Notes: generated by a model not told the origin, from the letters alone. A stretch of 64,000 nucleotides of DNA from Octopus sinensis (GCF_006345805.1 NC_043001.1:126728001-126792000), one strand, 5' to 3'; positions 13,488 through 25,168 are shown, numbered from the stretch's first letter. Made by a program: numbers and translations.

Positions 13488-13495
<8 letters not shown>
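12384..13495. repeat. Tandem plus inverted triplication of a ~450-bp unit
   Basis: Blocks X-Y (12384-12730), T-X (12767-13045), then reverse complement of T-X-Y (13046-13495). Confidence 0.9.
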
Positions 13496-13531
<36 letters not shown>

Positions 13532-13655
13532 AAGAATTCCAACCTTGTCTGATTTTCACGTTTTATTTACAATCTTATAATGATATATTATAAGATAATA
13601 TATTATAATTGAATAAAATAAAATGAAATAGTAGAATGTTAAATATTCATTCTGT

Positions 13656-13699
13656 TGAACTAGTACTTTCATGCATTGAATTCTGCAATCTTCGGTTCA
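13656..13699 (-). ncRNA. Hammerhead motif in PLE copy B (one base missing from the C-run at the stem I/core junction)
   Basis: Same as copies A and C except TTCGGTTC versus TTCGGGTTC. Confidence 0.55.
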
Positions 13700-14190
13700 T
13701 GTAGTAGTGTTGACAGTCATGCTTCACATTTTTGACTGTAGCAAGATGATTGATTCTGTGCTATAAATACAGCTGGGTAGGCTCCAGAGTGCTAGGTTTT
13801 GCAAACTGTATTCTGACCAATCAGTGTGTAGTATCACTCAATTACTTAAGCTGATTGGTTGGTTGAGCTGATTGGTTAGAGGCGTCACGCTTTTTGGACA
13901 TGTCAAGAGTCCTGTATCTTGACCCTGGCCGAAGCAAATTGTTGGGTTATTTTTAGAAATGTTGTAAATATCCTTTGTCAGAGATTTTTATATTTCAATT
14001 GTCATCATCATCATTGTCAGCACCTTAATTATTGTTGCTAGTGGTGATGGTTATGGCAATAGAACTTTTAACCCTAATAAGATAATTTTCCTGCTGCTAT
14101 CTTCGTCTTGATCACCTTTAGTATTGTTGTTGTTGTTAGTGGTCATGGTCGTAGCAGTGGAAGTAATACCTCTAAGTATTATTATTATTA

Positions 14191-17100
14191 TTATTGCTTA
14201 TTTAGCTTGGGTTCGAATTTATCAATAAAATTCTTTTCTCTGATTTTCCTCTCTCGATTTCACTTGGGCTGTGTAATTTGAAAATGGAAATATTATATAT
14301 ATTTTCCGACCACATGTTGCTAGGTGGTTACTCAAAGGTATCTGACGGACCTCTGGGTCTCTAATCTGTTGCCGGTGTACACGTGAGCGTTCTAATAGTG
14401 CGTTTCCCGTCTGACCTACATATATTTCTTCACAATTTGGGCATTTGATGCAGTAAATTAAATTTCTGCTTTTGCAGTTCATATTCGCGTTTGTGAATAT
14501 TTTCCCGGTTTTTGTGTTTATATATTGACCGGTATGTATGAATTGGCATGTGCCACATCGGCTTCATTGCATTTAGATACCGTGAATGTTTGGTCTTTGT
14601 TGCTGAGGTCAAATTTTGCCTTTGTTAGTAATGTTTTCAAGTTTTTAGGCTGTCTTTTACTAAGCACCATAGCTCGATCCGTGATTATGTCTTTAATATT
14701 CATTACTTTGGGCAATGATTGGTAGGTTTGCTTTGGCAATGTTGAAGATATTCTGGTGACATGGGTTGTGTGTCACTATGAATGGTATGACTTGTTCTTG
14801 TTTTCCTCTTCCTTGGGTTGTCCTAAGTTGTTGTATAGGTATTTTTATAGCCCGCTGTATGCCATTTTCTATAAGTAGAGATGGGTATTTTTGTTTGAGC
14901 AAAAATTCTCTTAGTTCTATTAGGCGTTTGTTCCTGATATTTGCATCTTCTACAATAGTACAAATTCTTCTGGCTAGGCAGTATGGGATGTTACTTTTGT
15001 ATGTGGTGGATGGCACGACTTAAAATTTAGGTATTGATGTGTGTCTGTGTGTTTATAGTATATATCTGTGGTGATGGTGGTGTCTTTTTTAATTACCATT
15101 ATATCCAGGAATGGTAATTGGTACTACTCATCTCCTTTGTAAATTGGAGAGATGGGTGTAGGTTGTTCATGAGGATATTGAACTCTTCCAGAGTATTTAG
15201 AGATTCTGTCCAGATTATGAAACAGTCGTCTAGGTATCTCTTCCATGCCTTTTCAATATACTTTCTAAACCCAGTGCCATAGTTTTACCCTCCACCTCTT
15301 GGTAGAGTTGTTCTTCTAAGTATCCCATTACAGAGTTGGCGTAACGGAGCAAACCTCGTTCCCATCGCCGTGCCTCTAATTTGGATGTAATTCTTTCCAT
15401 TGAAGAAGAATTGTTATTTTCTAGAATAGCTTGACTGTGTCTAATATAAAAGGCACTGTGAATCTGCTGGAATCACTTCTCTATGTTTTTCTAACCAGTA
15501 TTTAATCGCCTTTATTCCTAAATCGTGTGGAATATTGGTGTAGAGGCTTACCACATCAAAACTTAGTAAAACTGATTTGGTTTCTGTTGTTTTGGGAAGA
15601 TGGGACAAAGTCGATGTCATCCCTGATGAAACTTGGTATGTAAGTACATAGTGGTTTCAAAACAATGTCAATAAAATGCTTAGACGGTGTGTAGGGCATG
15701 CTGGACCAGCTATAATAGGTCTAAGTTTTAGGTCTTTTGGATGTAATAATTTTATATTTATGTACTCACTTTCTTGTTCTTTTACTGCCTGTTGAATGTT
15801 TTTTGATTTGTGTATTTTTGGTAAGCCGTAGAAGTTGCTGGGTTTTTGGTTCAAAATTGGTGATGTAGTCTTTTTCATTATCCGTAAGTGAGTTGTGGTG
15901 TGTTTGAATCAGGTTGTTGATCTTTTTCATGATGTGGTGGTCTATATTTGCGGGTATTTCACAATAGAAGGTTGTATCCTTCAGTTGGTCTTCAACCAAA
16001 TCCTTATAGTATTCGGTATCCATAATAACAATTGCACCACCTTTATCTGCTTGTTTAATTATTATTGTTTGATCGTTTTGTATACGTTTACATGCAGACA
16101 TCTCTGATTTGCTAATGTTTGGCCTAACATTGGTATTGCGTCTAGGGGAATTTAGACAGGATATCAATGTATTGGTCAAGGGTAGTTATTTCTTCCTTTT
16201 GGTGGGGTGAAATTTGATTTATTCCTTACTAGGGATTCATCAATCTCATTACTTTTGTTAGCGAAGATTCTACAAGGCGTAATTTTCGACAGAATTTTTG
16301 GATATCCTCCTTTAAATTCTTGGTGGTTGGCTGTTGGTGTAGGTGTGAATTTCAGTCCTTTTGACAGAAGTTGGATTTCATCATTGTCAAAATCTCTTTT
16401 TGATAAATTAATTATTTTAGGATCTATACGTTCAGTTGTTTGGGGTATGTTTCCTCTTGGATTTTTTCTTTCTCCGGTGTTTGTTGTCCTGACGTAAAAA
16501 AATGGATTTTTTCTGGTTATGATTTATATTCCTGATTTTTTGCTTGATGAATTTTGCGTTTTGGTTGTGGTACTTTACTTGGTTTCGTTATGTTTTCTCT
16601 GTCTTGTTTTTTTGGTATTATGTATGCTACTTTTCATTTCTTGTTAGCATTGTTTTTTAACCACCTGGAGAAATGATCTGGGTTTACTTCTAGATCTAGA
16701 TCGGTTTTTTGTCCAGTTTTCTTGTGGTAATCTCTGTTGAGGTCTTGAAAATGATCTCCTGTTATTTCTACTGCTAATGGTCTGTTTCAACAATATCTAT
16801 TTTGTTTGTGCTTTTTGTTCATGTTGTGTGCATTGGGGGTTTGCATACAAAATGGGAAGAGTTCTTACCGTAGTTCGTCTTCGATTCGTGGTGAAACAGG
16901 TGTTCATGTTGCCACGTGTTCTGGTGTATGTTGCGTTGGTGAGGTTGTCCACTTTTAATGCTATTTCTCGGAGCTCTGTTGTCTTTACCGTAGTTTGTAG
17001 CATATTTGTCGAGAAATAATTTGTTTCCGCTGCCAAAACTTTCTTGATCTGCTTTCTTCTTTTGAGATATCTCTGATCCATAGTTCTCGCATTTTTTCTG

Positions 17101-17275
17101 CTATATTGCCGGTCGTTAGTTTTGGATATTTCATCTCTGATTTGATCATCGATAGCTTCGTATTTGGCTTTGTAGCGGGATTGTTTAGACAGGGTAATGG
17201 AGATGTCGGTCCTGAATTTTATCAAACTAAGGTCCCATCGAAGTTTAGTTTCTTCCTCTGGTTCTCCTGCAATTT
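14191..17275 (-). pseudogene. PLE polyprotein (RT + GIY-YIG endonuclease), frameshifted as assembled
   Basis: Motifs SFDVVSLYTNIPHDLG, GTAMG, WKRYLDDCFIIW, NLIYCIKCPNCEEIYVGQTG, REKNFIDKFEPKLNKQ*; split across ORFs 16797-17312, 15766-16179, 15657-15878, 14693-15016, 14518-14739, 14222-14482. Confidence 0.92.
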
Positions 17276-18668
17276 CTTTAATGGTAATTAAAAAAGACAC
17301 CACCATCACCACAGATATATACTATAAACACACAGACACACATCAATACCTAAATTTTAAGTCGTGCCATCCACCACATACAAAACGAACATCCCATACT
17401 GCCTAGCCAGAAGAATTTGTACTATTGTAGAAGATGCAAATATCAGGAACAACCCTAATAGAACTAAGAGAATTTTTGCTCAAACAAAAATACCCATCTC
17501 TACTTATAGAAAATGGCATACAGCGGGCTATAAAAATCCTATACAACAACTTAGGACAACCCAAGGAAGAGGAAAACAAAACAAGTCATACCATTCATAG
17601 TGACACACAACCCATGTCACCAGAATATCTTCAACATTGCCAAAGCAAACCTACCAATCATTGCCCAAAGTAATGAATTAAAAACATAATCACGATCGAG
17701 CTATGGTGCTTAGTAAAACAGCCTAAAAACTTGAAAACATTACTACACAAAGGCAAAATTTGACCTCAGCAACAAAGACCAAACATTCACGGTATCTAAA
17801 TGCAATGATAGCCGATGTGGCACATGCCAATTCATACATACCGGTCAATATATAAACACAAAACCGGGAAAATATTCACAAACGCGAACGAATGAACTGC
17901 AAAAGCAGAAATTTAATTTACTGCATCAAATGCCAAATTGTGAAGAAATATATGTAGGTCAGACGGAAACGCACTATAGAACGCTCACGTGTACACCGGC
18001 AACAGATTAGAGACCCAGAGGTCCGTCAGATACCTTTGAGTAACCACCTAGCAACATGTGGTCGGAAAATATATATAATATTTCCATTTTACAAATTACA
18101 CAGCCCAAGTGAAATCGAGAGGAAAATCAGAGAAAAGAATTTTATTGATAAATTCGAACCCAAGCTAAATAAGCAATAATAATAATAATATACTTAGAGG
18201 TATTACTTCCACTGCTACGACCATGACCACTAACAACAACAACAATACTAAAGGTGATCAAGACGAAGATAGCAGGAAAATTATCTTATTTAGGGTTAAA
18301 AGTTCTATTGCCATAACCATCACCACTAGCAACAATAATTAAGGTGCTGACAATGATGATGATGACAATTGAAATATAAAATCTCTGACAAAGGATATTT
18401 ACAACATTTCTAAAAATAACCCAACAATTGCTGCTTCGGCCAGGGTCAAGATACAGACTCTTGACATGTCCAACAAAGCGTGACGCCTAAACCAATCAGC
18501 TCAACCAACCAATCAGCTTAAGTAATTGAGTGATACTACACACTGATTGGTCAGAATACAGTTTGCAAAACCTAGCACTCTGGAGCCTACCCAGCTGTAT
18601 TTATAGCACAGAATCAATCATCTTGCTACAGTCAAAAATTGTGAAGCATGACTGTCAACACTACTACA

Positions 18669-18713
18669 TGAACCCGAAGATTGCAGAATTCAATGCATGA
18701 AAGTACTAGTTCA
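18669..18713 (+). ncRNA. Hammerhead motif in PLE copy C, CCGAAGA core
   Basis: TGAAC/GTTCA stem I, TGCA/TGCA stem II with U-U at its base, GAAA, palindromic GTAC stem III, CUA site. Confidence 0.7.
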
Positions 18714-19000
18714 ATCAGAATGAATATTTAACATTCTACTATTTCATTTTATTTTATTCAATTATAATATATTCTTATAATATATCATTATAAGATTGTA
18801 AATAAAACGTGAAAATCAGACAAGGTTGGAATTCTTTTTATTAATATATTCTTCTATACACAATCACACACACCCATATATATATATATTATATATATAT
18901 ATATATACATACATATATATACATATTTATATATATATGTACATATGTATATCTGTATATATATATATATATATATATATACATAGCATACATATACATG

Positions 19001-19061
<61 letters not shown>

Positions 19062-19109
19062 TGTATGTATGTATGTATGTATGTAGGTATATATACAATA
19101 CATTATATA

Positions 19110-19175
19110 TTTCAGGTGGTGGTATTAAGTTAGACATGGCTTGGACCATTCTTTGATCGAAACATATCTAAGTTA
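19110..19175 (+). mobile_element. Isolated 3' tail of the CR1/L2-group LINE
   Basis: CAGGTGGTGGTATTAAGTTAGACATGGC...TCTAAGTTA matches 1790-1863. Confidence 0.7.
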
Positions 19176-19275
19176 TTTTTATTTTAATTTTTTATTTTAA
19201 CTAGTTTCAGCTCACGAGCTGTGGCCATGCTGGGGCACCGCCATTCATCTTTATCTGTCTATCTACCTATTTATT

Positions 19276-19311
<36 letters not shown>

Positions 19312-19387
19312 AATATAATTAATATAAACTGCAGCTTGCAATATTTCACCAAAAAGGAGAATTAGAAATATCACTAAATGTGACTAG

Positions 19388-19802
19388 GGTGTTAGGAAAT
19401 ACCTACATTGCTAGAAATAAGAGCTAAATCACTCTAATGTTGTTGTTAACGCACATGAATAAAAACATACACTAACAAGGACCAAAGTACCGATCGATTG
19501 CATACTGATGTTTATATTAATTGTATATATACACAGTGAATCGCTACATCAACCAATGATTTGGATGACGAAATTGTAAATACTAATAGGCGTATCTAAA
19601 AAGAGCCGAACAATCGAGCGGTCTTGACTGATGAGGCAACGGAAATCACTGAAACTGACGCGTCATTATTATGAATTTTCAATCAGCCCTTTTCAGATGA
19701 TTATGGTCCCTGTTACTGTATATGTTTTAATTCCTGTGCGTTAACTACAGCATTATAGCGGTTTAGCCCTTATTTCTAGCAAGGTAGGTGTTTCCTAACA
19801 CC
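19388..19802. mobile_element. MITE-like element with ~100-bp imperfect terminal inverted repeats
   Basis: GGTGTTAGGAAATACCTACATTGCTAGAAATAAG...GGGACCA (19388-19485) mirrors 19703-19802. Confidence 0.65.
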
Positions 19803-20200
19803 GGCGCGGGAGTGGCTGTGTGGTAAGTAGCTTGTTTACTAACCACATGGTTCTGGGTTCAGTCCCACTGCGTGGCACCTTGGGCAAGTGTCTTCTACTA
19901 TAGCCTCGGGCCAACCAAAGCCTTGTGAGTGGATTTGGTAGACGGAAACTGAAAGAAGCCCGTCGTATATATGTATATATATATGTATGTGCGTGTATGT
20001 TTGTGTGTCTGTGTTTGTCCCCCTAGCATTGCTTGACAACCGATGCTGGTGTGTTTATGTCCCCGTAACTTAGCGTTTCGGCAAAAGAGACCGATAGAAT
20101 AAGTACTGGGCTTACAAAGAATAAGTCCCGGGGTCCAGTTGCTCGATTAAAGGTGGTGCTCCAGCATGGCCGCAGTCAAAATGACTGAAACAAATAAAAA
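19803..20200 (+). mobile_element. SINE family A, full length
   Basis: A box TGGCTGTGTGG, B box GGTTCAGTCCC, internal microsatellite, GGTGCTCCAGCATGGCCGCAGTC tail. Confidence 0.92.
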
Positions 20201-20518
20201 TTAAAATATATATATATATATATTACTCTTTACCTGCTGGTGACTGCGTTTGTATACCCATTTATATTTCATTCACACATTTCTTTTAAAACTATCCATC
20301 CGTATCCCAGAAAAACTAATGGTTTGTTCATGTGTTTATTTTAAAATGAATATTCCTAGTTATAATTTCAAGAGTTGTCGGTATCAACTTAGGTTGTGTA
20401 TTGTCATGCTAATCTCCGGCTGAGTTATTCTTCAGTGACAACTTACGTAAAATTTGCACGACGGAGAATTCTCGTCATAGGTACGCAATATTTACCCTTT
20501 TAACGATTAAATATACAC

Positions 20519-20546
<28 letters not shown>

Positions 20547-20559
<13 letters not shown>

Positions 20560-20914
20560 CTGAAGTTGTCTGTGTGTGTGTGTGTGTGGCAGGTTTGCTA
20601 GCCTTCAACTAACACTATCTCTTCGGAGACCCTGCGGCGCAAGTTAACCAAAATTGAAAGCATGATAGAAGAAGGCTTGCTCTTTATTCTGTAGAAGACA
20701 AAATTCAAATCAGACCATGTTAAGACCAAAAATTACTTACATCAAAAAGGTGCTTTTTTTCTATGAAAATCCCTATTTTTTACGGGTTTTTGACTGCTGA
20801 GTCGCCATTTTGCGCTGTATTTCAACCAGAAAATAATAAGCTTACTTTTCAAAAATTCCAACTCTAAAGGGTCGAAAAGGAAACAAACCCGAGCAACGCT
20901 GGGCTATACTGCTA

Positions 20915-20915
<1 letters not shown>
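20547..20915 (+). mobile_element. Non-autonomous Helitron
   Basis: 5' TATATATAAAG plus (TG)n start; 3' hairpin CCCGAGC-AAC-GCTGGG (20888-20903) followed by CTAG (20912-20915), then T. Confidence 0.75.
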
Positions 20916-20956
<41 letters not shown>

Positions 20957-21016
20957 CTTAAAGATGCACAGAGGTAGAATCAACAAAAGAGTACTCCAGT
21001 GAGAGATTAAATATCA

Positions 21017-21267
21017 ATTTAAATACACAACCGAAAGAGTTACTGATAGTTTCATATTATTATGATACTTGAACAGGCATATTTATAAAATACACCACGT
21101 ATCTTAATGCAATCTTACTGTCCAGCATTCTTGTTTTTAATATATATAATGCATAAGCAGAGCCTGAAGGTCTGCTTTAAGATACATGTCATATTTTATA
21201 ATTATGCCTTTTCAAGTTTCATAATAGCATGAAACTATGAGTAACTCTTTCCGTTGTGTATTTAAAT
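21017..21267. repeat. Inverted repeat (~95-bp arms) overlapping a hammerhead-like motif at 21159-21248 (+)
   Basis: ATTTAAATACACAACCGAAAGAGTTACT... mirrors ...AGTAACTCTTTCCGTTGTGTATTTAAAT; plus strand AGAGC-CTGAAGG-(60 nt)-GAAA-CTATGAG-TA-ACTCT. Confidence 0.7.
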
Positions 21268-21276
21268 ATATATGTA

Positions 21277-21321
<45 letters not shown>

Positions 21322-21522
21322 GGTGTGTGTGCGTGCGCGTGTGTGTGTGTAACAAACTTCGTTAACATGCAGTTATTTCTGTTGCCAAGGGAAGTAAATA
21401 AAGTATGTCAGGAGATGAGACGTGAATATAGGCTTATTTTTTTCCATATGACTTCCATATAAATACAGCTGTTTCGTAAGCTTCATCATGTAGTATTGTT
21501 AATTACAGTAGGCAAAATTAAT

Positions 21523-21553
<31 letters not shown>

Positions 21554-21727
21554 CCACACACACACCCACACATACACACACACACACATACACACACATA
21601 TATATACACATATATATATATATGTATATATTTATATATATACATGTGTATATATATACATATGTATGCATATATATGTATACGTGTATATAGATATATG
21701 TGTGTGTGTGTACATAGACAGACACAC

Positions 21728-21860
<133 letters not shown>

Positions 21861-22004
21861 TACATACATGAATACTTTCGTTCATGCATACATACATACA
21901 TACACAGATGCATTTATGTAAGTATGTGTGTGATTACCTGCACATGTGTGTGATCGCGTGCGCGTGTGAGTGATCACGAGCGCGTGTGTGTATTCGGATT
22001 ACTA

Positions 22005-23600
22005 CCTCCCATTTTGAAGGGTATGGCGCTTGCAATCCAAGAACTGGAAATATCAACCAAATACCTGATGCACAAAAGGGACAGAGAAGCAGGAAAAGCA
22101 ACAAAATATGACACTCGAAGCATCCTTTGTGGAGTTAACACCGAAGATTTCACCAACATCATAAGCAGTTGTCCAAAAATCTCATCACGGTATTATCTAC
22201 CAATGAGACATGATACTGTAGCTAGAATACAGCATAACGAGATCCTTCTGAAGGATAAACCCTAGAATAAAGAAATAAGAGCCCACAGTATCCTTTTCTA
22301 CTCTGGGCATAAGGCCCGAAATTTTTGGGGAGGGTGCCAGTCCATCAGATCGATCCCAGTACGCAACTGGTACTTAATTTATCGACCCCGAAAGGATGAA
22401 AGGCAAAGTCGACCTGGCGGAATTTGAACTCAGAACGTAAAGACAGACGAAATACCTATTTCTTTACTACCCACAGGGGGCTAAACACAGAGACGACAAA
22501 CAAGGACAGACAGACGGATTAAGTCGATTATATCGACCCCAGTGCGTAACTGGTACCTATTTAATCGACCCCGAAAGGATGAAAGGCAAAGTCGACCTGG
22601 CGGAATTTGAGCTTAGAACGTAGCGGCAGCCGAAATACCTATTTCTTTACTACCCACAAGGGGCTAAACACAGAGGGGACAAACGGATTAAGTCGATTAC
22701 ATCGACCCCGAAAGGATGAAAGGCAAAGTCGACCTGGCGGAATTTGAGCTTAGAACGTAGCGGCAGCCGAAATACCTATTTCTTTACTACCCACAAGGGG
22801 CTAAACACAGAGGGGACAAACGGATTAAGTCGATTACATCGACCCCGAAAGGATGAAAGGCAAAGTCGACTTCGGCGGAATTTGAACTCAGAACGTAACG
22901 GCAGACGAAATACGGCTACGCATTTCGCTCGGCGTGCCAACGTTTCTGCCAGCTCGTATTGTGGAAGCTATAGCCACTCATAAAAAAAAGTAAAAAACGA
23001 GTACTGGTGGAATGTCCCAGTGCAAACCTCAGTAAAATGTAAACAATAGGCTTGAAATAATGATTTGAGGTACAGAAGAGAAACTGTGCAGTTGTGCAAA
23101 TCAGTTCCCTAGCGGATGCTCAACGGGAAAGAAAATAACTACGCTAAACTATTGGGAAATTTACAGCTACTCAATCCAGATTACAAGTTCAGGTTTACAC
23201 CTGTAATTATTGGGGCCTTGGGATAAGTAATACGCCGCCTAAATACCAATCATGAAAACTTAGACTTCTCAAAACCAGAAAGAAGAATTCTAATTCGAAG
23301 ACTACAGATCCAATCCATCACTGGAACTGTAAACATCTGTAAAACTTTCCTGAAGTTTATCATTTAAGTATATATGAGTATGTCTAGATAGGCAACTATA
23401 TGCATGAGAACACATACATAAAAGAAAAAAACATACAAATCTGCACACATTCATACATATATATAAAAATGCTCTGTTGATGTTGTTGAAATTCTAATGA
23501 AAGACCCTTGGATCTAGGTTAGAAACCGGCTCTTTCTCTATTGGCAAGAAATCTTGAAATAAAACTGAATAATGACATACATACATACATGCATACATGT
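22005..23600 (+). mobile_element. R4/Dong-like LINE 3' remnant, interrupted by a SINE multimer
   Basis: Zinc-knuckle-like LCGVNTEDFTNIISSCPKISSRYYLPMRHD; after the SINEs EYWWNVPVQTS and PVIIGALG; 3' UTR ends in (CATA)n. Confidence 0.8.
22286..22957 (-). mobile_element. Head-to-tail tetramer of SINE family B
   Basis: Units 22776-22957, 22639-22775, 22456-22638 and ~22286-22455; identical GAAATAC|CTATTTC junctions. Confidence 0.9.
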
Positions 23601-23897
23601 ATACATACACACAAAAATACCTACGTAGTTACATACAGACTTACATACAGACATACATACATATATACAAATGGACGTTCGTACATACCACTACCTCCTC
23701 AACTCCTACCGACGAATCCATATTCGCTCCCTTTATTCGTGTTCAATGAATACACACAAAAGGAACCTTCATAATCTCATTTTTGTGAGCATTCCTTCAC
23801 TTGGAAAATTATACTCCCTATAAACGTGTAAATTTTTATTGCCGCTATTGTAGGTATTAGCAGCGTCAGTAACAACACCAGTAGCAGTAACAGTATT

Positions 23898-23942
<45 letters not shown>

Positions 23943-23980
23943 ATACCCGGAGTTTGTATTGTGATTGTTTGGCTTGTACA

Positions 23981-24019
<39 letters not shown>

Positions 24020-24124
24020 TACTACACAGAAAACTACATTCGAAGGTATATCGCTTTATTGAAGACGGTATTTTGACTTCTATTCCTTTAATGTTGTAGA
24101 AACCGGTTCTTTAGGGCCCTGTTA

Positions 24125-24312
24125 TTATGTATCACATGATCACGTGACCGGCTAAACTATCAGATGTTGTTACACAACGGAAAATAACTGGAGCAACTTG
24201 AAATGACGTATTTTGCTCAAGAACATAACGCGCCGTTGCATCTAGGAATCGAACCTACAATCTGGGGATCGTAAGTGCAACAGCCTAACTACTATGCCAC
24301 ATGCTTTCACGT
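24125..24312 (-). mobile_element. tRNA-headed SINE (family C-related)
   Basis: Minus: TGGCATAGTAG A box, GGTTCGATTCC B box, GTTCTTGAGCAAAATAC...GTTGCTCCAGT. Confidence 0.65.
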
Positions 24313-24624
24313 TGTTATTTATAAGTTCGTAAAATGAAAATTACGCAAGTTAACGACTGATATACCACAACCAAGTCCGATCACATTTCGCAAGAGATAA
24401 ATATATCCTGCCAAAGATATATCCTACCCTCCAGCTACTGTCGCGCACATGTTCTATAACGTTTGCTACTCCTTTTACGTAGAAAACTAGTATTGCTAAT
24501 TTGAATTATTTACACTACAATACATACTTGCTGACGTATATAAAATGAAATTGCACTTCATTGAAAACATTTAGTTAATGCCAAACTGTCCGTTGTTGTG
24601 TCCCATACTTATGGCAACAATAAT

Positions 24625-24661
<37 letters not shown>

Positions 24662-24817
24662 GTTGAGTAAAGTTAAATCATGGTCTGGTTTTCGCTTTTG
24701 TATTTTGGTATTTTAACATTAAAAAAATATTTTGTAATGCTCATAAAGTTAAATTAGCGCTTTCATACATAGAGTAATCATCAGATTTGAAATGTGTTTA
24801 ACTGACAGTTGAGCTTT

Positions 24818-24917
24818 NNNNNNNNNNNNNNNNNNNNNNNNNNNNNNNNNNNNNNNNNNNNNNNNNNNNNNNNNNNNNNNNNNNNNNNNNNNNNNNNNNN
24901 NNNNNNNNNNNNNNNNN
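24818..24917. other. Assembly gap (100 N)
   Basis: Directly visible; distances across it are unknown. Confidence 1.
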
Positions 24918-25168
24918 ATATTATATATATAAATTTATATATGTATATTAGATATATATATATATAGATATATTATATATATATATATATATATCTATAT
25001 ATATATATATATAATGATATTATATTTTATGTAGGTAAATGTATGTATGTAGGTATCTATCTATCTATATATAGTCTACTGTTCGTGATGGTAAGATCAA
25101 CAAGAGTGCTGCATCTGGTAAAAGATGAATATTATTTAATAAACACAATGTATGTTTTTATGTGCCAC

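Larger units (their letters stand above)
13524..18875. mobile_element. Penelope-like retroelement: near-full copy B (minus, 13524-~17277) joined head-to-head to 5'-truncated copy C (plus, ~17278-18875)
   Basis: 17278-18840 is the reverse complement of 13524-15103; RT and GIY-YIG motifs present; both arms end in HHR-containing 3' regions. Confidence 0.95.

Noticed and set aside
19803-19900. tRNA gene calls for SINE heads
   Set aside because: A/B boxes present but no complete cloverleaf; they continue into multicopy SINE bodies
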